Assembly: GCA_039933295.1 (NCBI GenBank)
Contig: JBDTOJ010000077.1
Coordinates: forward strand, 9,419-73,418
Length of the DNA: 64,000 nt
Direction of reading: 5' to 3'
DNA from: Chloroflexota bacterium
Lineage (GTDB): Bacteria > Chloroflexota > Limnocylindria > Limnocylindrales > CSP1-4
Shown: positions 56,904 to 64,000 of the stretch, in pieces
How positions within the stretch are numbered: position 1 is the stretch's first letter
Layout of the letters: every line of letters starts with the position of its first letter
The notes under the pieces: generated by a model
What the model was told of the DNA's origin: nothing
Databases searched by the model: none
What the model saw: the letters and a program-made list of their open reading frames with translations, nothing else
Program-made: the position numbers and the translations under genes

Positions 56904-57767
56904 ATGGGTATCGATCATGTCTTTGTGGCCGGCGCAGGGCTGATGGGCCACGGAATCGGACAGGTGCACGCGGCCATCGGTCGCCAGGTGACGCTCTATG
57001 AGCCTGATCCGGCACGCGCCGAAGCGGGCCGCGAGCGGATTGCGGCCAACCTCGATCGGGCAGTCGCCAAGGGCAAGCTGGACGCGGCGGCACGCGACGA
57101 GATCATTGGACGCGTGACGGCAACGTCGGACTTCGCGGAAGCAGCGACGGCCGACCTCGTCGTCGAGGCGGTCTTCGAGGACGTCGAGGTCAAGCAGACG
57201 CTGTGGCGGGAAATCGACGCGATCGCCCCTCCGGCGACGATCTTTGCCTCGAACACCAGCTCCATCTCGATCGACACGCTGGCTTCGGTGGTTACCCCGG
57301 CGCGGCGTGAGCGGTTCGTCGGGATGCACTTCTTCAGCCCTGTGCCGGTCATGCCGCTCGTCGAGTTGATCCGGGGATCGGCGACGACCGACGCGACGGA
57401 GCAGACGATCCGCGGTCTGACCGAGGCGCTCGGCAAGAAGCTCATCGTCTCGGCCGACCGACCCGGGTTCATCGTGAACCGGATCCTCATGCCGCTCCTC
57501 GCCGAGGCGATGCACGCACTCGAGGACGGGACTGGCAGCGCCGCCGACATCGATACCGGCGCGAAGGTCGGCCTCAATCACCCGATGGGCCCGCTGGAGT
57601 TGGCCGATTTCATCGGCCTGGATGTCTGCCTGAATGTGATGAACGTCCTGTACGAGGGCTTCGGGCAGGAGCACTTCAAGCCGCCAGCGAACCTCGTGGA
57701 GCTGGTTGCGGCGGGGCATCTCGGCCAGAAGACGGGTCGCGGGTTCCATACCTACCCGCGGGCCTGA
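56904..57767 (+). CDS. hbd: 3-Hydroxybutyryl-CoA / 3-hydroxyacyl-CoA dehydrogenase
   Basis: NAD-binding motif VFVAGAGLMGHGIG, plus FFSPVPVMPLVE and GFIVNRIL. Confidence 0.85.
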   Translation: MGIDHVFVAGAGLMGHGIGQVHAAIGRQVTLYEPDPARAEAGRERIAANLDRAVAKGKLDAAARDEIIGRVTATSDFAEAATADLVVEAVFEDVEVKQTLWREIDAIAPPATIFASNTSSISIDTLASVVTPARRERFVGMHFFSPVPVMPLVELIRGSATTDATEQTIRGLTEALGKKLIVSADRPGFIVNRILMPLLAEAMHALEDGTGSAADIDTGAKVGLNHPMGPLELADFIGLDVCLNVMNVLYEGFGQEHFKPPANLVELVAAGHLGQKTGRGFHTYPRA

Positions 57768-57771
57768 GCAC

Positions 57772-58989
57772 GTGACTCCGATGGCCGGGTCTTTGGGTCC
57801 GGGCGGCCTCACGAACGAGGAGCGCCTCCTGCGCGACACAGCGCGCGAATTCGCGCAGCGCGAGATCGCACCGGGTGCGGTCGAGCGCGATGAGGAGCAG
57901 CGCTTCGATCGCTCGCTGTTCAGCCGGATGGGGGAGCTCGGTCTGACGGCCGCGCCACTCCCGGAGTCGATCGGCGGAGCCGGATTCAGCTACCTCGGCT
58001 GGGCGCTGGTCATGGAGGAACTCGGGGCTGCCGAAATGGCCTCGGCCGTGACCCTGTCCGTGCACATCCTCAGCCAGTACCCCGTGGTCACGTTCGGGAG
58101 CGAGGAACAGCACCGCGACTGGCTCGGGCCGATGCTGGCCGGCGAGGCCCTCGGCGCGTTCTGCCTGACCGAGCCCCATGCCGGTTCCGATGCCGGCGCG
58201 CTCCGCATGCGTGCGGTTCGCATGGACGCAGCCGGTGCAGAGCTTTCGGCCGGGGCCGCGGCCGCGGATGTCGCCGCCTATCGCCTCCACGGGACCAAGA
58301 TCTGGATCACGAACGCGCCCGAGGCGGACCGCTACCTCGTGTTTGCAACGATCGACTTGTCCCTCGGCCCGAAGGGAATCACTGCATTCCTCGTGGAGAA
58401 GGGGATCCCCGGCTTCGGGTTCGGCGCCCACGAGAAGAAGATGGGCATCCGGTCATGCCCGGCGGCCGAGCTGATCCTGGACGGCGCCGTCATTCCGGTC
58501 GCGCGGCGGCTCGGCGACGAAGGACAGGGCTACAAGATCGCGCTGTCGGCGCTGGCCGAGGGCCGAATTTCGATCGCGTCGGCCTGCGTGGGCCTGGCGA
58601 GGTCTGCCACGGAACAGGCCGCTCAGTACCTGCACCAGCGATCGGCATTCGGCGCGCCGCTGGCCGAGCTTCAGGGGCTCCGCTTCATGGTCGCCGAAAT
58701 GGCCCGGGAGGTGGCTGCGGCCCGTGCCATTACCCACGAGGCGGCTCGGGCCAAGGACCGCGGCGAGCCGATCGGGGAGCTGTCGTCGCTCGCGAAGTGG
58801 ACCGCCTCTGACGCCGCGATGCGGGTGGCAACCGACGCGGTCCAGCTGTTCGGCGCGAGCGGTTATTCCAGGGAGACCGGCATCGAGCGGCTCATGCGCG
58901 ACGCCAAGGGCGCCCAGATCTACGAGGGCACCAACCAGGTCCATCGGGTCATCGTCGCTGACGCGGTTCTGGAACGCGCGAGGGGCTAG
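57772..58989 (+). CDS. Acyl-CoA dehydrogenase (short/medium-chain type)
   Basis: ACAD fold: FCLTEPHAGSDAGA, WITNAPEADRYLVFA, YEGTNQV. The start is the GTG at 57772 or the ATG at 57781. Confidence 0.85.
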   Translation: MTPMAGSLGPGGLTNEERLLRDTAREFAQREIAPGAVERDEEQRFDRSLFSRMGELGLTAAPLPESIGGAGFSYLGWALVMEELGAAEMASAVTLSVHILSQYPVVTFGSEEQHRDWLGPMLAGEALGAFCLTEPHAGSDAGALRMRAVRMDAAGAELSAGAAAADVAAYRLHGTKIWITNAPEADRYLVFATIDLSLGPKGITAFLVEKGIPGFGFGAHEKKMGIRSCPAAELILDGAVIPVARRLGDEGQGYKIALSALAEGRISIASACVGLARSATEQAAQYLHQRSAFGAPLAELQGLRFMVAEMAREVAAARAITHEAARAKDRGEPIGELSSLAKWTASDAAMRVATDAVQLFGASGYSRETGIERLMRDAKGAQIYEGTNQVHRVIVADAVLERARG

Positions 58990-59013
58990 GGCAGCCGCTG
59001 GAGGGCCGTGTCG

Positions 59014-59112
59014 CGCCCTGGCTCGGGTCCGGCGCCCTAGGTCGGGTCCGGCGCCCTAGGTCGGGTCCGGCGCCCTAGGTCGGGTCCGGCGCCCGGGCTC
59101 GGGTCCGGCGCC
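59014..59112. repeat. Intergenic tandem repeat, about 5.2 x 19 nt (consensus GGGTCCGGCGCCCTAGGTC)
   Basis: Directly visible between the ACAD stop (58989) and the thiolase start (59141). Three identical central units with variant edge units. Each unit carries GGCGCC and CCTAGG palindromes. Confidence 0.85.
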
Positions 59113-59140
59113 TTACGCCTCGCGGTGTACGATCGATGCC

Positions 59141-60382
59141 ATGACCCAGACTTCCTCGGGCCCGAACGGGCATGTCTACATCGTCAGCGCAGCGCGAACG
59201 CCGATCGGCAAGTTCGGCGGCGTGCTCTCCACCACGCCGGCCGTGCAGTTGGGAGGGGTGGCCATTCGCGCCGCGTTCGAGCGGGCCGGACTGCCCGAAG
59301 GCACGCCGATCGACGAGGTGCTCATGGGCCAGGTCCTCCAGGCAGGTGCCGGTCAGGCGCCGGCCCGCCAGGCGGCGCTGCTCGCCGGACTGCCGGACAC
59401 GACCTCGGCCACGACGATCAATCGCGTCTGCGGCTCGGGCCTGAAGGCGATCATGCTCGCAGCGGCCGAGATCCGGGCCGGCGATTCCGAGATCGCGGTG
59501 GCGGGCGGCATGGAGAGCATGAACATGGCGCCGTACCTGTTGCCGGGCGCCAGATTCGGCCTCCGGCTCGGTGACGCGGCGCTGATCGACGCAACGGTGC
59601 ATGACGGCCTCTGGTGCGGGATCGAGAACTGCCACATGGGCACGCACGCGGAGCGCGTCGCCATCAGCAACCAGGTGAGCCGCGAGGATCAGGACGCGTT
59701 CGCGCTCGAGAGCCATCGGCGTGCCATCGCCGCCATCGACGAAGGCAGGTTCGCCGACGAGATAGCACCCGTGACCATCCGCGATGCGAAGGGTCGCGAG
59801 ACCATCGTCGATACGGACGAGAGCCCGCGCCGCGATACGTCAATCGAAGCGCTCGCCCGGCTCAAGCCGACCTTCGCGCTGCCTGACGGTGAGGATCGCG
59901 GAACCGCTGACGTCGGAACCGTGACGGCCGGCAACGCACCCGGGATCACCGACGGTGCCGCCGCGACGGTCATCGCCAGCGAGCGTGCCGTCGAGCAGCT
60001 CGGGCTGAAGCCGCTCGCCCGGATCGTCGGTTATGCCCAGGCCGAGGTCGCCCCGAAGTGGCTGTTCCTTGCCCCGATCGCCGGTGTTCGTCGCCTGCTG
60101 GAGCGAACGCAGATGAGCATCGGGGATTTCGACTTGATCGAGATCAACGAGGCATTCGCCGCCCAGACGCTGGCCGACGGACGGGAACTCGGCTTTGATT
60201 GGTCGAAGGTGAACGTCAACGGCGGTGCCGTCGCTCTCGGTCACCCGATCGGGGCTTCGGGCGCGCGCATCGTCGCAACGCTCCTCCACGAGCTCCGACG
60301 CCGCGAGGGACGATATGGCCTCGCCACGCTGTGCCTGGGCGGCGGCGGTTCGGTCGCGATGGCGGTGGAATCAGCGGCCTGA
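59141..60382 (+). CDS. Acetyl-CoA C-acetyltransferase (thiolase II)
   Basis: [12 protein letters not shown] (active-site Cys), [26 protein letters not shown]. Confidence 0.9.
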   Translation: MTQTSSGPNGHVYIVSAARTPIGKFGGVLSTTPAVQLGGVAIRAAFERAGLPEGTPIDEVLMGQVLQAGAGQAPARQAALLAGLPDTTSATTINRVCGSGLKAIMLAAAEIRAGDSEIAVAGGMESMNMAPYLLPGARFGLRLGDAALIDATVHDGLWCGIENCHMGTHAERVAISNQVSREDQDAFALESHRRAIAAIDEGRFADEIAPVTIRDAKGRETIVDTDESPRRDTSIEALARLKPTFALPDGEDRGTADVGTVTAGNAPGITDGAAATVIASERAVEQLGLKPLARIVGYAQAEVAPKWLFLAPIAGVRRLLERTQMSIGDFDLIEINEAFAAQTLADGRELGFDWSKVNVNGGAVALGHPIGASGARIVATLLHELRRREGRYGLATLCLGGGGSVAMAVESAA

Positions 60383-60458
60383 TCAGCCAGTGGGTCCTGC
60401 CGCGACCGGGACCATTGACTTGTGGCGGGCGCCCGCCCCGAACCGTACGTTTCTGCAC

Positions 60459-62333
60459 ATGACCACGACCGTCATGGACGTCGCGGCGCCGCGCCTGCCC
60501 TTCGGCGCGCGTCCGCGCGTACCCAGACCGATACTCCTCATGATCGTTTTCGGGATATTCGTCGTGATCGTTGGGGTCACGGCAGTGTTCCAGACGTACC
60601 TCGTGGCCCAGAGCGTCACGACCGCTGCGACGACTGCGATTATCAGCAGCGATGCCGCGACGGTACGAACGTTCGTGAATGGCCTCGTGACTACCGGAGA
60701 TCTCAACGGTTCGGCGTCAGCGGACCATACGGCGACGGTCGAGCATGGCTTGGAGTCGATCGCAGCAGCCTCCGAAATCCTGCTGGTCGAAATTCGCAGC
60801 CCGGATGGGACGATCCGCCTGTCGAGTGACCCGACCGTGCGCGGGGAGTCCGCTCCGCACTCAGGCGACTTTGCTCTCGCGATCTCCACCAAGTACGCGC
60901 AATCGGCGTTCATCAGCGCCGGTGGGATGACCGAGGGCGCGGGGCTCTCCGTTGCGAGCGGCGACTTGATCCGAGTCTACTTTCCTCTTGTGGCCCCGAG
61001 TGGTGAGGTTCAGGGCGTCGTCGCCATCTGGCGTGATGCAGCCCCGATCCTCCTCGCCATCGAGAAGACTCGGAACGAAGTCCTGGTGTTGATCCTCAGC
61101 GCGGCCGCGATCGTCGGTCTGCTGCTGCTCCTTGTCTTCCGGGCCGCACAGATGCGCATCACGCGCCAGACCCTGCAATTGATCGAGGCAACGCACCTGG
61201 ACGCCCTGACCGGCCTGCCGAACCACGGGGCCATGGTCGGAGCCCTCGCCCTCGCCATCGAGACCGCGCGTCGTGCCGGCACAACGATCTCGGTGGCACT
61301 GCTGGACCTCGACAACTTCCGCAATGTCAACGACACCCACGGGCATGAGGCGGGCGACGTCGCCCTGCTCCAACTCGCGAAGACCCTGCAGGCATCCCTT
61401 CCCCCCGGTGCGACTATCGGGCGCTATGGTCCGGACGAATTCCTCGTCGTCGCCAGCGGCCTTGAACCGACCGAGCTTGCGCCGTATCTCACTGCCGCGC
61501 GACTGTCCCTTACGGACCAGGACCTCGAGATCGACTCGAGCGAGCGACTGCCAATCAGCATGTCCGGGGCCATCGCGGCGTTCCCCGCAGATGCGACGTC
61601 GGTGACCGAGCTCCTCTCAGTCGTCGCCGTTGTCCTCGCCGAGGCGAAAGTCAGCGGCGGCGGCGAGGTGCTCGTTGCCAGCGAGCGAGCCGGGGCGACT
61701 CCTGAACAGCGCACGTTCGATGTGCTTCAGGGCCTCGTGTTCGCTGTCGACACCAAGGATCGCTACACGCGACGTCACTCGGAAGACGTCTCCCGCTATT
61801 CGGCGTTCCTGGCGCGACGGATTGGGCTCGACGAAGAATTCATTGCCGGGATCACGGCTGCGGGCCTGCTTCACGATATCGGCAAGATCGCGATTCCGGA
61901 CGCGATTCTGCGAAGGCCCGGCCGACTCAACGAGGAAGAGCAGCGGATCGTCAAGGAGCACGTAACGCTGGGCGAATCGATCGTCCGTAATGTGCCGCAC
62001 GTGGATCTGGTACGAGCCGGAATTCGACATCACCACGAACGGTGGGACGGGCGCGGTTACGTCGATGAGCTCGCGGGTGAGGAAATCCCACTTGTCGCTC
62101 GCATCCTCGCCATAGCGGACGCATTTTCGGCAATGACGACGACCCGCCCGTACCGCAAGGCGATGGGCTTTCAGATCGCGCTCGCCCGGCTCGGCGATGC
62201 CGCCGGCACGCAGCTGGACGAGCGTCTCGTTACCGCCTTCATCGAGGGTATCGAGACGGCCCCGGACGCTCCGATGCCCGGCGAGAAGCCTTCCGGGCCC
62301 GGACTCTGGGTCCCAAGTACGCAGGTGGCCTGA
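60459..62333 (+). CDS. Membrane sensor with periplasmic domain, degenerate GGDEF domain (GPDEF) and HD-GYP phosphodiesterase domain
   Basis: TM1, a periplasmic region of about 220 aa, then TM2. The GGDEF-like domain is [21 protein letters not shown]...[10 protein letters not shown], with GPDEF in place of GG[DE]EF. The HD-GYP domain is HSEDVSRY...[12 protein letters not shown]...[11 protein letters not shown]. Start at MTTTVMD (60459); the longer ORF would overlap the thiolase gene. Confidence 0.75.
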   Translation: MTTTVMDVAAPRLPFGARPRVPRPILLMIVFGIFVVIVGVTAVFQTYLVAQSVTTAATTAIISSDAATVRTFVNGLVTTGDLNGSASADHTATVEHGLESIAAASEILLVEIRSPDGTIRLSSDPTVRGESAPHSGDFALAISTKYAQSAFISAGGMTEGAGLSVASGDLIRVYFPLVAPSGEVQGVVAIWRDAAPILLAIEKTRNEVLVLILSAAAIVGLLLLLVFRAAQMRITRQTLQLIEATHLDALTGLPNHGAMVGALALAIETARRAGTTISVALLDLDNFRNVNDTHGHEAGDVALLQLAKTLQASLPPGATIGRYGPDEFLVVASGLEPTELAPYLTAARLSLTDQDLEIDSSERLPISMSGAIAAFPADATSVTELLSVVAVVLAEAKVSGGGEVLVASERAGATPEQRTFDVLQGLVFAVDTKDRYTRRHSEDVSRYSAFLARRIGLDEEFIAGITAAGLLHDIGKIAIPDAILRRPGRLNEEEQRIVKEHVTLGESIVRNVPHVDLVRAGIRHHHERWDGRGYVDELAGEEIPLVARILAIADAFSAMTTTRPYRKAMGFQIALARLGDAAGTQLDERLVTAFIEGIETAPDAPMPGEKPSGPGLWVPSTQVA

Positions 62334-62336
62334 GCC

Positions 62337-63413
62337 ATGCGGCGGATGACGACTTTCCGTCGCTCCGCGCTCCTTGTCCTCGCCCTCCTGATCCTTGAGA
62401 TCGCACGGCCACCGAGCTCTTATGCGGCCCAGGCCTGGGCCGTGAGCGGAGACAAGGCAGTCGTCGTGGCTGGCACGGCCACCGACGTCAACGTGTCGAT
62501 CGTGAATCTTTCGACAAGCAGCGGGGGTGGCGAGGCCATCGGCTGCGTCAAGATCTCGATCCCCGGTGAATTCACGATCCTTGCCGTCTCTGTCAAGTCG
62601 GTCAGCCGTGGACTTAGCTGGTCTGCGACTCACAGCGGAGCGTCGGTGACGCTTCAGGCCGCGTCCGACTCCAACCGGCTGACTGGAGCACCGAATCTCG
62701 ACCAGTTGGTGGTTACCGTCACGGTCCTGCCGGGTTCGGCGGGCGTCCACAACTGGAACACCAATGAATTCGGCAAGCCGGACTGCGGCAGCGCGTACGG
62801 AAGTCCCGTGCCGATTCCGATGGTGATTGCGGCAGCGCCCACCCCAACTCCACCGCCCACCCCGACCCCGACGCCAGCACCGACCCCGACGCCCGCGCCG
62901 ACCCCGACGCCCGCCCCTACCCGAACCCCATCGCCCACCCGAACCCCATCGCCTACGCCGAGACCGACGCCGACAAGCCCAAGCCCAACCGCGACGACCG
63001 CGCCATCTGCGTCCCCGGAGCCGACCCCCACCGGTAGCGGCGACCCGACGCCGGATCCCGGCGCCAGCGGACCACCGCAAGCGTCGGACACTCCTACGCC
63101 GCGACCGACGGCATCAAGTGCGCCCCCTGCCTTCGGCCAGGGGACCGTAGCCCTTGCTGGAGGATCCGGTGGATCCGGTGGCGGCATGGATGCTGCGGGA
63201 GCCGACCTCGCAGCAGCAGTGCTGAACAGCCTCGGGATGGGGACATGGGCCGTGGGCACCGCGACGGTGGGCAGCTTGCTCGTGCTCGTCCTCTTCGCGA
63301 TCATGGCCCAGGTCGGCGGCGGACTGATCTGGCTCCCGCTCGTCCGGCGCCGGATCGGCGAGTTCGGCTTTGGGCGCAAGAAGGCAGCCCGCAAGTCAAG
63401 GACGGCGACCTAG
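62337..63413 (+). CDS. Secreted cell-surface protein: signal peptide, about 150-aa globular domain, Pro/Thr-rich (PTPTPAP)n linker, C-terminal TM anchor
   Basis: Signal peptide [25 protein letters not shown]-rich linker [35 protein letters not shown]-terminal TM anchor [13 protein letters not shown] followed by a basic tail. Confidence 0.55.
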   Translation: MRRMTTFRRSALLVLALLILEIARPPSSYAAQAWAVSGDKAVVVAGTATDVNVSIVNLSTSSGGGEAIGCVKISIPGEFTILAVSVKSVSRGLSWSATHSGASVTLQAASDSNRLTGAPNLDQLVVTVTVLPGSAGVHNWNTNEFGKPDCGSAYGSPVPIPMVIAAAPTPTPPPTPTPTPAPTPTPAPTPTPAPTRTPSPTRTPSPTPRPTPTSPSPTATTAPSASPEPTPTGSGDPTPDPGASGPPQASDTPTPRPTASSAPPAFGQGTVALAGGSGGSGGGMDAAGADLAAAVLNSLGMGTWAVGTATVGSLLVLVLFAIMAQVGGGLIWLPLVRRRIGEFGFGRKKAARKSRTAT

Positions 63414-63459
63414 AGATCCTTCGGTCTCATGACCCCTGGCGAACGGTATGCTTCGCCGC

Positions 63460-64000
63460 ATGCCTGAGATGACTCCTCCCGCACCACCATCGCACCGACT
63501 GTTCATTGCCGGTTCCTGGGTCGCAGGCATCACCGGCGGGACCTTCCAGAGTCTGAACCCGGCCGACCGTCGGGATGTCGTCGGGACGTTCGAAGCAGGA
63601 ACAGCGGCCGACACCGCGATGGCCATCAAGGCCGCCGAAATGGCGTTTCCAGCCTGGAGATCCCTGCCCGCCCCGAAGCGCGGCGAGATCATGTACCGGT
63701 TCGCGGAGCTGATGGCACAGCACAAGGAGCGCCTGGCCCGCGCGATGACCCGCGAGATGGGCAAAGTCATCGCCGAGGCGCGCGGTGACGTCCAGGAGGG
63801 CATCGACATCGCCTACCTGATGGCCGGCGAGGGTCGTCGGATGTTCGGCGACACGGTGCCCTCCGAGTTGCCCGATAAGTGGGCGATGAGCATCCGCCAG
63901 CCGATCGGCGTCGCGGGAATCATCACGCCGTGGAACTTTCCGATTGCCATCCCGTGCTGGAAGATGATGCCCGCGCTCGTGACCGGCAACACCGTCGTGT
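63460..64000 (+). CDS. Aldehyde dehydrogenase (NAD(P)-dependent), 5' part; runs off the window end
   Basis: ALDH N-terminal region: RLFIAGSWV...[14 protein letters not shown]...[26 protein letters not shown]. Confidence 0.8.
   Translation, partial: MPEMTPPAPPSHRLFIAGSWVAGITGGTFQSLNPADRRDVVGTFEAGTAADTAMAIKAAEMAFPAWRSLPAPKRGEIMYRFAELMAQHKERLARAMTREMGKVIAEARGDVQEGIDIAYLMAGEGRRMFGDTVPSELPDKWAMSIRQPIGVAGIITPWNFPIAIPCWKMMPALVTGNTVV

Overview
This is a high-GC (about 70%) window from what is probably an actinobacterial or Chloroflexi-like chromosome. It is densely coding, has no rRNA, CRISPR array, integrase or transposase, and carries two tRNA genes (Glu-CUC and Arg-UCU).

The first 12.7 kb is one tightly coupled minus-strand operon. 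It reads: large signal-peptide/TM accessory protein -> ABC ATPase -> ABC-2 permease -> 3-TM coiled-coil protein with a perfect (GQ)n hexanucleotide repeat -> MoxR AAA+ ATPase -> DUF58 -> BatA-like VWA protein -> double-VWA protein. Almost every junction is an ATGA or GTGA start/stop overlap. This is the best candidate for an undescribed MoxR/VWA-linked envelope system.

Downstream of tRNA-Glu is a coupled envelope glycosylation cluster on the plus strand: a small secreted peptide, a GT2 polyprenol-phosphate sugar synthase-like enzyme, a GT4, a 731-aa polytopic GT-C-like membrane protein, a CsaB-like pyruvyl transferase and a flippase-like TM protein.

The remaining genes, in order:
- A DUF1611 plus dipeptide-epimerase pair.
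- An orphan DNA methyltransferase flanked by two small ORFs.
- A hydroxylysine-kinase-like APH plus AGXT2L-like phospho-lyase pair.
- MFS and EamA transporters.
- Two class-III aminotransferases, two acyl-CoA dehydrogenases, a GMC oxidoreductase, and hbd plus thiolase, which together read as a lysine/hydroxylysine-to-acetyl-CoA catabolic neighbourhood.
- An ECF sigma factor co-transcribed with an unusual MGMT-Ada-Zn fusion.
- A CPBP protease.
- An LLM-oxidoreductase::UbiA-prenyltransferase fusion followed by an O-methyltransferase-like gene and two GNATs.
- A second ABC-2 exporter with a nitroreductase and an alpha/beta-hydrolase.
- A J-domain protein.
- A split methylmalonyl-CoA mutase: the catalytic subunit lies about 5 kb from its B12 subunit and MeaB.
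- trxA, an ArsR regulator, a threonine dehydratase, an HDAC-family enzyme and folE.
- A GGDEF(degenerate)-HD-GYP sensor and a Pro/Thr-rich surface protein.
- A partial aldehyde dehydrogenase at the 3' edge.

Non-coding oddities are: the 147-bp (GQ)n coding repeat; a 5 x 19-nt intergenic tandem repeat; a low-GC 370-bp intergenic island with direct and inverted repeats; and a 415-bp ORF-free gap.
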